From assembly GCA_964016885.1 (NCBI GenBank), contig OZ024741.1:326058001-326122000 (forward strand): a stretch of 64,000 bases of DNA, given 5' to 3'. Source of the DNA: Eledone cirrhosa (taxonomy: Eukaryota). This document shows, in pieces, positions 46,690 to 60,516 of the stretch; the first letter of the stretch is position 1, and each line of letters starts with the position of its first letter. A program made the translations under genes and the position numbers. The notes beneath the pieces are model-generated. The model did no database searches, was not told the origin of the DNA, and saw only the letters and a list, made by a program, of their open reading frames with translations.

Positions 46690-49600
46690 CTGATAGTCCG
46701 ACATCATTAGCTAAATACTCGAAACGAGAGAAATATCAAGGTAAACAACGTCTCAACAGCAAATTCTAAGGACTGTGGCAACTTTAAAAACTTGATTGGA
46801 TTCAGTGGAATGATACGTGATGGCCCCCCCCGCCCCACAGACCCGGTGGACAGAATAGAGAAAGCGTTTCCCCGGGGGACGGCAAGGGAGACGCGATGGA
46901 AAAGCCATTCCAACTCGCGGGGCTCACACCTGCGGCTGGCCAGCTCAGCGCCTATGGTGGTGAGTAGGGAGGTAGCCCTAGGGCCGAGGACACCAGAAGT
47001 CTCCACTGCCAAGAGTACAACCGCAAACCTGTCGGAGAGCGACCGGTATTTCAGGAGATTGACCTCCTCAGCCCGACGTGCAGCAGAACATGGGTTAGTC
47101 GCAGACTGCACCAGGTTGCGACTGCAGAAAGTGTCGGTGCAAGTGGCATCCCAGACGGTTTGTCACCGCAGAACGGGAAGATGGTCATGCCATCTGGTCT
47201 TTTGCCGTCCCCTCGGTCCTACCCCACCGGCTCGAGCTGGGAAGAGAAGTCTGCAGCGTCCAAGCCATGCTTTATGACCTCGTTGAGGGCCGCACGGCGT
47301 GGAAGGCGGCCAGCACTGTGGCGACAGGAAAGCGGGTGGAGGCCGAAAGAGTCCACGGTAGATCCGCAGCGACATTGGTGTGGCTCGCAGATCCTAAAGC
47401 TGAGCCTCAAGAAAACGCCGATGCGCAGGATATTGTTATCTAACTGTGTGCCAGTGGAGAAGGAAGGCAGGGCATGGAGTCAAGCACCACTGTGGGGTTT
47501 GGAGGCCGCAGCAAAACAGGCAATGCGGTGCTGGTTGAGCTGGGCGTGAGCCTGTTTGGGGCCAAGCTGCACTGGATGGAATCTCAAGTGCTTTGGGGGG
47601 ACTTGACGTCAGCAGGTGGAGAAGGACGAGGGACGTCTACTGGACTAAGTCCTAGCCGGCCCACGACTCTGAGGCGGCCTCACGTTCTCTGAACACAGAG
47701 CGTTCTATTGTGTTTTGAAGAACCCTGCTGATGAGGACGTGACATGACGTTACCGACGTAAAAAACGGCGGCAAAGCCAGTGAGATCGGGGACCGGAGGC
47801 CAAGGCCGCCATAGCTGACAGGTAAAGTGGCCTGTTGCCATCCAATGTCGTCAAACTTGACGTTGCATATCTCCTCGGCTGCTGCTCGGATACAAGTATC
47901 GAGGTCAGCGAGGAGAGATGCGTGGGTGTAGCACGGAGCGCTGCGAAGTGTATAGAGGAGCTTCGGCATGGCGAAACAGTTCCTCAACAGAAAGCGAGCT
48001 GGGTGGCCGTCGATTAAGCCCAGTCGGCTCGTGAGAGTCTGGAGTTGTTGAAGCCTGGACCTGATGGTGGAGCGGATGGTCGGCGGGTGGATCGGTGACC
48101 TGAGGATGAGGACATCCTATTTGGGAGAAAGCTGTATCTGGTAGAGAATTGATCGCAAGTCCTAGACGGAGGCTGCAAAGCTCTCAGCATCGTGGCTGAC
48201 ATTCACCACCTCCGACTTGGCCGAGTTGACCTGGAGGCCGATTCCCGACAGAGCAGGAACTACCGATTGTAGGTCATGGCAGACAGTCTGTACGCGCCCG
48301 CCCAACGTAGCATCATCCAGATACCAAACGTTGAGAGGGGCCGTGATACTCCGGGTGATGTGGTCTGTACCAAGAGCAAACAGGAGGGGTCCCAAAGGGT
48401 CGGCCTGTTGGACCTCAGTGGCCGAAGGTATGACCGTATCAACAGCAAGGAGCATGCTCGGGGCTCCATACGACAGGTAGGCCAGCGGGTAGCAAGAGGG
48501 GGCTTGGCTGAGGCAGTCATCGGGCAGATGGTCCCGGCGTAAGCAGTTGAAGGCATTCCTCATGTCAAGCTTGACAATGAGGGGCCTGGAGTCCCTGGAT
48601 TCCGGTTGGCAGCTGTTGAAGAACTGCCTGGTTGCATGTGCGGCCCCCTCACAGCCACCGGACACGCCGATACCCAGTTGCACCGGACTGAACTCCTCAT
48701 CCAGTTCTGGTGTTATGAACCTGAAGACCACCTTGGGCCAGCCTCCGGAAGACATTGTCCACAGCGATGGGGCGTATGCCACTCTCTTTCTTCCTGAGCG
48801 CGGTGAGGCTAGCCGAAAAAAGAGGCCTCAGGCGTGAGGGTCCAGGGCGCCATGGATGAGCCTATTGGTGAGTGCCACAATTTCACTCAGAAGGCGGCGC
48901 CCGGCCTCAGCGGAGAGTATGGGGGGGTAGGGGTAGCAACTCCTTGAGGTGGCCTGGTCGGAGACCATTAGCACCTCCGCTGCTGCTAGCTGGGAAGGAC
49001 TTGATGGCGGACATGATGTCTGTGTCGGAAGCCACAGGGAGAAAGTGGGGTTCGGGCGGGTTTATGGGTCTGAAATCAGCGGGTGGCTCAGGGTGCTTGA
49101 GTCGCAGGGCAGCCAGGACCTTCTCGGTGAGTTGGAGGAGAGTGTCCTGTGAAGTAACCACTTTAACTGCGACCGAGACATCACCCATGATTAATTTAGC
49201 ATTTACGCGGTCACGCAAACGCTTGACGCTGGCCTGAGGTGTGGAGGATTGGCGGTACCCGAGGATGGGGTTAGTGGCGTCCCTAGGTACACTTGGAATG
49301 ACTGCTTGCCCAAAGGACGAAACATTGGCCTTGACGAAGGCTACTGTCGACCGGCCGCCCCGGTCAGCGCCAGAGCTTGGGAGGCTGAGGGTGAGTAGGG
49401 CGAAATAAAAGAGTCGCTCCCAGTCGCTGGATCGATTGGTGTCCGGGGCCCTCTCAATTGAGAAGCAAGGGTATCGGCTACCGGCACCCGGGTCGCTCTC
49501 GGGATCCTGAGTGGGATCTTCCGGAGCCGCCTGAGCCGAGCGATGTTGACTAGCGAGGCTTGAGCGTCAGGCAAGCTCGCTGCCTCATCTGGTGCTGTGC

Positions 49601-50370
49601 CAGACGGCCGTGGCTGGGCAGACGAGGGGAAGAGGCAGTTCCTGCATCTCCACGTTGCGAGGGCACTGGAAGCTCGACGTGTCAAGCCAACATAGCTGAA
49701 GTGGTGGAAGCAGCCGCACCCCGAACAGTTCCGGCCCCTCTTCTGTCTCTTCGTGGTACTGCAAATGCTGCAGGTGTCGGCTTGGGGGGATGGGGCATGG
49801 GGCTTGGGGCCGGGGACTGGGGCACCGAGCGGCATCAGAGATGAGTGGAAGGGAAAGTGCTGGTATGAGGGCCTCACATAGCTCACCTACATCATATGTC
49901 TAGGCGTCAGAAGACAAGAGAAAAAGATGTGGGTGCATGGAGGCGGGACACACAAGAAGGTAGAATGTTAGTAAATGGATAAATGAATGGATGAATGTAC
50001 AAAAAAAACCCCAAGGGGGAAGGGGGTTGTTCCCAGCGGAACGACCCAGAGTTCAGCACGCACACAAGTGAGTATATTAGCAGTTTCTCATAGGACTTTA
50101 TGGCTGAAGGTGAGTCATTCAATTCTGAGTACATATGTGTTGTTGTTGTCCCTGATGCTGGAGCTGGCTTCCTCTTGTTAATGGTAGTGGTAGTGATTGC
50201 TGGTAAGATGTTGATGTATACACATATGTGTTGTTGTTAATGTCACTGTTGTTCTCTTCCTCTTGTTAATGGTGGTGGTAGATGAAACTGCTACCAATTC
50301 GGGCTGCCAGGCTGTATGCTGAGGATCGAGTGCCTTCTTGACCAAAGATGCGGGTCAGTGGCTTTCGGCA
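46690..50370 (-). mobile_element. Near full-length CRE-clade non-LTR retrotransposon (PHD-like, RT, RLE), frameshifted
   Basis: CSIC..CSGCGCFHH..WRCRNC; SSGGANGLRPGHLKEL; QLGIGVSGGCE, KLDMRNAFN, QQADPLGPLLF, WYLDD; GGLGLR; CRCG..HPLSC..; WDATC..LAVETSG. Confidence 0.9.
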
Positions 50371-50615
50371 TCATTTGGCAGCACAATGGCAAATTAATAT
50401 ATTTTCAATTTTTTTCTTTTCTCTTTCTCTCTGTCTAATCCGATTCAAATTATTTGGCAGTGAATTGGTGGTCGGTTTTGTTTTGTTTTGTTTGATGTTT
50501 CCATTTGTTTTTATTCATTTCTCTCGCTCTTCTCGTATGTTTCGGTGCGTTAAATTTGTGAGGTTCCTATCGGTGGATAATAGCATTTATTATTTCAGGT
50601 TAGTACCAGTGGATT

Positions 50616-50945
50616 GGTGGATTGGCAGTATCGGTAGAGGGTCGGACGCCATGCTTTGACGCATAGAGTTACAGCCCTTGCCATTCTGAGTTCAAATCCC
50701 GCCGAGGGTAACTTTGCCTTTCATCCTTATGGGGTCGATAAAATAAAGTACCAGTAATGCACTGGATTATTGCTGGCCTTGTGCCAAAAAGTAGAAACAA
50801 TTATTTCAGGTTAGTACCAGTAATACACTGACTAATTCCTGGCCTTGTGCCTAAAGTAGAAACAATTTTTTCAGGTCATAATAAAGTACCAGTAATACAC
50901 TGGATAATTGCTGGCCTTGTGCCAAAAGTAGAAACAATTATTTGA
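50616..50945 (+). mobile_element. Full SINE followed by two tandem re-copies of its 3' tail
   Basis: gtaccagtaatacactg..ggccttgtgcc..aagtagaaacaatt repeated three times. Confidence 0.85.
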
Positions 50946-51499
50946 GGTTATATTTCCATTCTAGGATGTATTCCATCATAACAGCACATTCTGTTTCCCA
51001 GCATCATGGATTAAACCTTGAATTGATACCGCGAATGTTTGACTATCGGGAAATCAGATAATCCAAGCGTAAAATCATCAATGTAGATATGGATAGTGTC
51101 TAGTGGATTTGAGAATGTGTTAGAACTGATGAAGCAGCGTGGTAAATGTTTAAGATAAACATTCATTAACTCAAGAGGATTGGTATCTGATGCAAGCAAA
51201 TTTCCTTAATCGATGTCAGATTCAACATCTTTATGGACTTCGCGTGTTGAGTTACGTATGGCGAACTATAATGTTTAATGATTCGCGACTAGTATAACAG
51301 CTCTGTACGGCTCTCATTCAATGGGATGAAAAAATATGTAAATGGGTATGCTTGCTCCAATTAATGGTATACTATTAGCATACGACATACATATATACAC
51401 ATACTTATATGCCCACGTACATATGTGTGTTGGTATGTCAAATACACACATATATATATGTGTATATCCGTGTGGGAAGCAACACGTGTTGGTTTTTTT

Positions 51500-51925
51500 C
51501 TTTTTAATTTTTTTCTTCTCTCTTTCTAATCCGATTCAAAAAATTATTTGGCAGTGAATTGATGGTCGGTTTTTTCCCTCTTCCTTTTATTTTGTTTCTT
51601 TCTCTCGCTCTTTACATATATTATGGTGCATTATATTTGTGAGGTTCCTATCAATGGTTAATAGCATTTATTATTGGCAATGTCGGTAGAGGGTCGGACG
51701 CCATGCTTTGACGCATAGAGTTACGGCCCTTGCCATCCAGTAATGTACTGGTACATGCTGGTCTTGTGCCAAACGTAGAAACAATTATTTGTGGTTATGT
51801 TTCCATTCTAGCAGCACATTCTGATTCCAGGAATCTTGTATTAGACAATGAATTAATGCTGCGAATGTTTGGAACGCAAAAGTATTTGAGTAATGGGTAA
51901 TCCAAGTGTAAGATCATCAATGTAA
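51500..51925 (+). repeat. Diverged local duplication of ~50405-51085, including an internally deleted SINE
   Basis: ctaatccgattcaaa..tatttggcagtgaattg, gaggttcctatc, ttccattcta, gcgaatgtttg and aatccaag.gtaa.atcatcaatgta occur in both. Confidence 0.75.
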
Positions 51926-52495
51926 ACAAATCTTAAATAGAGCTTAGAGCAGAACATTCAGACAGAGTGGATGTGGAACAGTTAAAAATGTTTACCTCGT
52001 TTGGTGTTGAATTCGTAGGTCCAGAACATTTTTTTTCCAATCAAAAGAAGGTGCACAGGCATACATATATGTATATATACAGGTACATATATTAATGAAC
52101 CTGTATTTCATGTTAAACACAGAGGGACATCAGTAAATAATAATAACGATAATTAGATATAAAGATATGAATGTACATATCACTATTTCGGGGGTTATTT
52201 TTTTCCCCTGTGTGTAGCAACACGTGGTTGTGTATGTTGCTGCTGACTCTAGCAGAGCCCATGAAGAACACGTCTTGCCCTGCTGACCGTGAACACTCGC
52301 TTGAGGGGGTTTCTCCTCTGAAGACCTTCTGCGGTCCAGCTCTCCTGAGAGTTTCTTACCACTTTAAAATCAAATGATCCGTTCTCGAACATGTTTTATT
52401 TACATACGCATTTGTTCAAATGGAGGCGCGTGTTCCACGTGGTAAGGGATGTTGGATTTACGATCATAAAATCGTGGGTTCGGTTCCTAGATTTT

Positions 52496-52529
<34 letters not shown>

Positions 52530-52530
<1 letters not shown>

Positions 52531-52716
52531 GAGGGTTGGCTGAAAAGTTGATAGGCTGACTATGAAAAATTGATGTTAGAGTTTTTAAATCTTGCATGCA
52601 TTAATTTAAACTCTTCTTATTAATAATCACATTGCTTCTGTATAGAAACATATACCTCATTTGGTCATTCCATGAGTGTATCTTGGTCAGCCTATGAACT
52701 TTTCAGCTGACTCTCG
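52530..52716. mobile_element. Mariner-type MITE
   Basis: TIRs gagggttggctgaaaagttgataggctgac / gtcagcctatgaacttttcagctgactctcg. Confidence 0.8.
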
Positions 52717-52760
52717 TATATATATATATATATATATATATATGCATACACGCACACACA

Positions 52761-52877
<117 letters not shown>

Positions 52878-53351
52878 GCGCACATATATATATATAATGT
52901 TAATATTTTTTAATATTTTAAATACTTATCAATGTCATCTTCTTTTCTTTTTCTTTTTGTAACAATCACATTTTCTTTGCATGATCATGTTAGTAATCAG
53001 ATAACAGCTGTATTACGAACCAATGAATACTTTTGTTCCATTGTATTAAACTATATCTTGTCACTATGTACAAACACCTCTACTATAAGGTTATAGTGTA
53101 TCATTCTTCATTTCCATATTCCTAGTGGCCAGAAGGTTGGAAACGAGAAACACGGAGTAACAAACATGTAATAAATCAGAAACTAGTAGAACAACATATA
53201 GAATTTTAATTACATAATTAAATTATCAATTGTTTTTCCCATTAACACTAGTGTAAATGCATCATATATCCACACACACACACACTCGTACGCACAGACA
53301 CGAACACACACATACACACATGTTTAAGAAGGCCGCGTTGATTGACGCATA

Positions 53352-53547
53352 TGAGATCGACTGAAACGTTCATAGGCTGGCTATGAAGAAGTGATGCTAG
53401 AGATGTGAAGCCTTGCATGCATTTTTTCCACTTTTCTTATTAATAACCGCATTGTTTCTTTGCAGGGACTATGTGGAAAAATAAACCTCATTTGAACATT
53501 CCATGAGAGTATCTTGGTCAGCGTATGAACTTTTCACCAGACCCTCG
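53352..53547 (+). mobile_element. Mariner-type MITE (same family) retaining the transposase end GDYVEK*
   Basis: TIR similarity; gggactatgtggaaaaataa. Confidence 0.75.
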
Positions 53548-54353
53548 TTAACGGATTTAGCGGTATCAGTAAATATAGATGTTGCTGCAAAGAACGAAGA
53601 TTTTAAGACAACTTACTTACAAAATATCCTTTTGGGAATCAAGCCAAAATTACTGTTGCACGGTTTGTCGTCAGCAGTGAATAGAAAAACCTTTGAATTT
53701 TTTTTCAAACCTATATTTATTTAGCAATCCTTACAAATGTTTCAATATAGCAAATTTTTCAATATCTGCATCGAAGCCCGTTTTTGTGATTGGTGTTTCT
53801 ACCTATAATTTCCATTGGATTTCAATGCTTACATTTAGATTCAAATTATTTATTTCTTCACTTCTACGCCCTGTATATATACCCATTTGATTGGCATGTA
53901 TCTTCAGAGGATATGCGTTTAAAACACTTACCTGTTCTTAAGATATCTACCAAATGAGTTGATAGATAATGGGTAGAAGTGAAGTAACCATAAGGGTTCC
54001 AACCAAAACATTGAAAATTGCGTACATTGAAATATTTGTAAGAAGTACTGAATAAATGCAGGTTTGAAAAAAATTCCATCGTTTTCTTTTCATTAGACAC
54101 AAACACACATATACACATGCATACATTCATGCTTGCATACATATACACACACACACATACATACATACATAGACAATACATACATACATACATACATACT
54201 CATAAACATACTTATATAATTAGATTCTTACATTCATACATATATACATACATACATGCATTTATACATACATTCATACATATATGCATATACACATACA
54301 TTATTACACACGCACGCACACACACACACAGGCACACAGACACACACACACAC

Positions 54354-54425
<72 letters not shown>

Positions 54426-54493
54426 AGAGAGAGAATGTGAGAGAATAATATATCTATATGCATGTATGTATGTACGTATGTATGTATATATTA

Positions 54494-54576
<83 letters not shown>

Positions 54577-55030
54577 ATAGTTGTGTATGAAATTTAATAC
54601 GTAAGTAGATATTTTATCGATTAACCAGTTTGCTAATAGGTATGTATTTCATGCACACACATATATAGTATACACATATATGTCTTTCATGCATATTGTA
54701 TTCTACATATTTAAATACGAGATGTTTTTATAACAAATGCATGAAAAAAGAAATGGACAACAGGATGCTATTCTTTCCAGAATCAACCGAAGGCGACTCT
54801 TTCTAATCTATGTCATATGTATATATATATATAGGTGTGTATGTACACATATATATAGCTAGCTAAATAGATAAATACATACAAAGACATACATTCATAT
54901 ACATATACATATATGAACGATATATAACGATACATATATATATATATATATAAATATATATATAAATCGTTATATGTATATATATATATTTATATATATA
55001 TATATATATATGTATCGTTATATGTATATA

Positions 55031-55061
<31 letters not shown>

Positions 55062-55907
55062 GAATATAAATTTGCATGTGTTAATAAATTTTCCGATAAT
55101 TCTTCACTTACTCATACTTACTTAAATACACAACTTTGCAGATTCTTAAACGTTATGTTAACGTAATTTATAATTCCTGTAACAGGGTGTTATGCTCCTG
55201 GAATTATTTTGATTTACCGTTTACTGAATAGAACAAAATACCTCTCTAACGTCTCTCTTTATCTAGTAATGTAAACCTCACACCTTTGCCGGCTTAGTTT
55301 TTAGGTTTTATGGTTCTTTAATGATAGCGACACCATATAAATTTTATGCATGTTTAACTGGGTTCCCTTCATGTTGCCTGTCGTTGGTAGTTTCTTGTGC
55401 ATTTTTTGTAATAGGATTCCTCCAATCCTATATGGAAAAGCAACGTGTACGAAGTGACTCGCCAGGAATTGAACTCACAACATTACGATAATGAGATGAA
55501 CACTTTAGCCATTAAGCCACACTCCTTCACAATTAAACTCAGTACTGTCAGCAAACAAAACACTCGATAATTATATAGAGATTCTTCTATAACCGAGAAA
55601 GGGATTTATATTATCAATGATAGCTATTTCCCAATGGATGGGCGTAACCCTGTGCCTTTGATATGAAATGAACTTTCAACCACCCTCATTCACTTCTTAC
55701 ATATCATAGTATGTTGTTTTTATTTTCTCACAGCTCAGTTCTGACTGAAACATCTATGGTAAAAATTGTTCCAGCCATGACCATACAGTCAATCTTTTAT
55801 TTACAATGCGGTGATGAAATGTACCAATCTATGTCCTGGAGTCAGTTCTTCATCCACATCTTTACTACCGCCCTAACCCCCCTCTTCTCTCTCTCTCTTT
55901 CACGCTT

Positions 55908-55973
<66 letters not shown>

Positions 55974-56465
55974 ACTCTCTTTCTCTCTCTCTTTCACTCT
56001 CGGCTTCTCCCCCTCTCTCTCTCTCTCACACACACACACAGACACATACTCTCTTCTTCTCTGGAAGAAATCGGATGTGTTCAGACCTAGAAATGAATGG
56101 TTTCCACCAGGTTTAAGTGTCCAAGACACACGCCCTAATAACATGACGTCCCTCCCTCTACAACTCCATCATGAGTTACAAGTCAATACATAATATGATT
56201 TGAAGGTCATTTATCTAATGTATTCTCGAAGAGTAGCGACCATGTCGAGGCACGCACTAAGATTATTCTGTTTTCTGAATAAATTTTGAGCACTAAATCG
56301 AGTGTAGTTGAATTTGTGTAGCTTAGTGGTTACGATGTTTATCTTACGATTTCTCTTCAATTTCCGGTGGTTGTTGCGTCCACGAGAAAGGCACTTCATT
56401 CCATGTTGCTCCAGTTGGCTCAGCTGAAAAACAACGTTTACCTAACGTTCAAAGGACCAGCCATG

Positions 56466-56771
56466 CAGAGGCATAGCTAGAGAAAATAGCGCCTATGGAA
56501 AACAGTAAAATTGCGCGTCTGCTCAAACTTTATTTGTACCTATGTACCTAATAATTTATATAAATAGCTTAATGATCCAACAACCATAGTGCTTCTCATA
56601 CATGATCATGATAAACAAAGAGAAACCATACATATGAAAAAGTTTCTTCTTTTACTCTCCGACGATAGTTTATTTGACATTAATAGAAAATGTTCTTAGT
56701 CCAGGTTGTGCCTCCGCTTCGTGTGGCGTCAATGGCACGTGTCATGCTTATCATACCTTAGTTACGCCACT
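56466..56771. mobile_element. Possible Harbinger-like MITE nested in an old SINE (~56325-56900)
   Basis: Ends cagaggcatagctag / ttagttacgccact; SINE sequence continues on both sides. Confidence 0.4.
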
Positions 56772-57586
56772 TCAGCTATGTAACAGACTCTTTAACGCTG
56801 AATCTCTGTGAGAAGTATGTTAAGAGTGCACGCGTCTGTAAAATCCTCAGCCTCTCTGACGTTAGTTTTACAAGCAAACTGGTCGGTATACGAACAACTG
56901 GAACGGCCAACGAAACAGACGGAGATCCAACACAGGTGGCAATTTGACAAAGAACAACGTCTTCGAATCCATGTCCCATTTCCCAATCTTGCTATTTCAT
57001 CATAATGATTGATCCTTTAGTAGCTGGAGTTTGGAATGAATCAATCTTATCATCCATTGATAAATACATTTGATCATTAAGATTCATGCAACTGTCTCTC
57101 TATATATTTTACTTCAGAGTGATATCCTGAAATATCACTGTTTCCTATTTTATCTACGACACAAATGTTTGTAAACGATAATATAATGAGGGGTTACTGA
57201 CACAGATTGTTAATTCGTACAGAAGCAAATTTAAATCAATACCACTGAACTATATACAAGCTCCGAACGAATTATATTTTATGTCCAACCGCCATAATGA
57301 ATGGCTGCATTGCATACCGACGAATTCTTCATTAGTTTGCTTTGCGTGGGGATCTATATTTCAAGAGGATATAGCTTGAAGTATGTACAATATACAAGGT
57401 ACTCTATATATTGAGCTGAACTTCGCGGGATGTTGCCAATCCAATTGTGTGTTTATACACTCACCATTTGATCCTGCAATCTAATGGTGATTACACGTTG
57501 AAGTGTTTTAAACATATTCTCCTCAACTAAGCTATTAATGATGATTCAGAGATGGGTATATAATTACTAATTACTTTTACTTGCAG

Positions 57587-57710
57587 ATGGATGGGTTACA
57601 TAGACAAGGCATTAGTAGAGAAAGTTGACATTCTATGTAGAGAAGAACGTGAAAGTGGTGAAGAAGATAATATAGAGGGTGAAGAAAATGTGAAGAGAGT
57701 TGAAGTTTGA
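57587..57710 (+). CDS. Putative terminal coding exon of an unidentified host gene (xWMGYIDKALVEKVDILCREERESGEEDNIEGEENVKRVEV*)
   Basis: Branch-point-like tactaat, pyrimidine tract and ttgcag acceptor; purine-rich open frame to TGA. Confidence 0.45.
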
Positions 57711-58028
57711 CCGACTTGCAATCGTTTTGTAAAGAAGGAAATCAGATAGATTAATGTGAATAATTAAAGATGAATGCGTGTTATGAACAATGATGGACAT
57801 GCTAAGATTCTGTAATGGAGTAGCCTCTTATTTAAAGTTTAAAACTTCCTTAGTTTTCGAGATTAGAACTTGAATTTCACTAATTACATTATCAGAGTTG
57901 ACGTTTGATTAAACGAACTTCGTGAAAACGTGATGAGAATGAGGATGCCAAATTTGTACATAGAGCATATCACCGATTTAAATCTAATACAGAGCAGTAG
58001 GCGACAACTGACCATGCAGTAATTAAAT

Positions 58029-58131
<103 letters not shown>

Positions 58132-58765
58132 ACACACACACACAAACAAACACACACACACACAAACACACACACGCACACACACACACACACACATGTA
58201 GTTAAGTCAAATGTATATTTATGTATATGTTATATTATATATAATATATTTCCTTTAGTATCATTTAATAAATATATGCAATGAAACTATACTGTTAATG
58301 TTGCGATTAATATCATTTACGGAGTTAATAGTTTGCACCAGCGGTATCAAAATTCTGCATGAAACTCAAACAATGATGCTATTGCTACGATACATAATGA
58401 CATACATGAAATACGACAGCCAAACATTAATTAGTGGTGGATTAAAAATACTGTTCTTATCACACGTATTGTTTCGGCTTGTCTCTAGTGAAACTTAATG
58501 GCCATTTCAATATTGACGGCTACACAGTAACTGCAAATATTATTGATCAAATGTAATGACGAGTCAAACAGAGGTAGACTATAAGCGGTTGTTGGACATG
58601 CTAGAGATAGCAGCAACATCTACAACAATCATACCACGAGGTATACAGAAAGAACCTTTAGCCGGTTGATTGACATGCTACAAAAAATAAAAAGTGGGGA
58701 GCAGATGGTCAGACTGGACGAAGGAGACAGTGTTGTATTTCTTTTACCAATTTCAGGTCTTAAAT

Positions 58766-59056
58766 CAGTAATGAGCAACCTGCGGCCCGCGAAGCTTTCT
58801 GAACGGTTCGCCTAGGTCACCATAGTGAAATCTTTCTGATTTTTTTACCCGAAAGTTTCAGTCATAATTTATCTTTCTATCATTTTTAACGATCGAAGAA
58901 AACAACGTGTATGGATTCTGAAGAAACAAATTAAAACAACCTGAGTTACAGCCCTTTTTATAATGTGGGCACGAATGTAAATTAGCGCTTGCGGCGCGCC
59001 TGATGATGAGCCATATCTCATGCGGCCCGCTTCTCGAAAAGGTTTGCCCATGCCTG
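58766..59056. mobile_element. hAT (Charlie-like) MITE
   Basis: cagtaatgagcaacctgcggccc / ggtttgcccatgcctg; 8-bp TSD tcttaaat/ccttaaat. Confidence 0.75.
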
Positions 59057-59491
59057 CCTTAAATCTTGGTTAATGATCGAAAGATTTCGATGGCGAATAT
59101 AAGCGGCCGAAACGGGGATCCTCCGAAGTGTCTTTGGAGTAAGGTTACTCAGAAAAGTGAGTAACTCAGAGATGAGGATGGGTAGAGGTCGTTGGCCAAG
59201 ACATTTTAAAGAGCAGGGATTCTTTAAATATAAACATTAATACAATGAATAAATGAACCCTAAAAATGTGTGCGTGTTTGTATGTCTGTGTGTGTATGGC
59301 TACTTGAGTGTGGATGTGAACCTTCTCTTTTATTTGTGCCATTGTGTAAATGTGTATATTTCTAAGAATATTTTTTTTTCAAAGAATGCCACTCTTTACA
59401 ATCCCTTGGCCAATGACGTCTACCCATCCTCACAATCACCAACTTCTGCAACGATCAGCAAACAAAAAAATACCACCATAATACAATGACA

Positions 59492-59543
59492 TGCTTTCCT
59501 GATAAATTCTTTCGAATGAAACAGTTCTAGTACTGTAGAAGCA
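59492..59543 (+). ncRNA. HHR (family of 18149-18199), core G8A-mutated, in an element at ~59170-59625
   Basis: ugcuuuc-CUGAUAA-auuc(uuuc)gaau-GAAA-cagu(ucuagu)acug-UA-gaagca. Confidence 0.6.
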
Positions 59544-59720
59544 ATTTCTGTTAAATTTAATGTTTACACTCTACTAATGCATTGAGTACCTTAGTGTGGT
59601 TACCCCCGATTGAAGCCGGGACTCGTATATATATACGTGTATATATATATATATATATCACAGACGTACACATATAAAGCCCCCAATCCCACACACTCGC
59701 AAAAACATATATACATACAC

Positions 59721-59768
<48 letters not shown>

Positions 59769-59867
59769 GTAAAAGTTCTATTTAAAATGTTGGGATACAA
59801 CAAGCAAATATTTTTATAACTGATATAAAGCACTCAACAAATAATTGGAGTAAAAATACGATATTAA

Positions 59868-59982
59868 CTGTTTCTACTTTAGGCACAAGGCCAACAAATT
59901 ACCCAGTGCATTACTGGTACTTTATTTTATCGACCCCGTAAGGATGAAAGGCAAAGTCAACCTCGGCGGGATTTGAACTCAG
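59868..59982 (-). mobile_element. SINE 3' half
   Basis: Same family as 16562-16742. Confidence 0.88.
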
Positions 59983-60259
59983 ATGGAAACTATATTTATA
60001 AAACCAAATTTATTTCATTATACATATTTCAAGGACACCAAGTTAAATTATGGTGTGCTTTCATCAGATTAAATATAATATAGACCAGTTTTATGAATAA
60101 ATATTGACATTCCCTTAAAGAATGCAACCATTACTGTTGGAAGCTCCCGGATAGTCTATATATATATATATATGTATATACATATATATATATGTATGTA
60201 TATATATATATATATATATATAATATAAGATCAAAAGATGGTTAAAGGAGTTCCATGTA

Positions 60260-60326
60260 TTTTATTATGCGCATTTCAAAAACAAACATCATCATGCAAT
60301 AATATTTGTGTTTTCATCAGATAAAA
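60260..60326 (-). ncRNA. HHR in a solo arm (60220-60386) of the 34323 palindrome family
   Basis: uuuuau-CUGAUGA..GAAA-ugcgca-UA-auaaaa. Confidence 0.78.
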
Positions 60327-60381
60327 CAGGAGAACATGATATGAAGGCTAAAAAACACTTGTGGATAGTGCAGTTTTAAAT

Positions 60382-60484
<103 letters not shown>

Positions 60485-60516
60485 TATGTATACATATGTA
60501 TATATATATATATATA

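Noticed and set aside
53690-54090. Diverged inverted repeat (53690-53770 vs 54010-54085)
   Set aside because: Too decayed to define termini or TSD; probably an old DNA transposon
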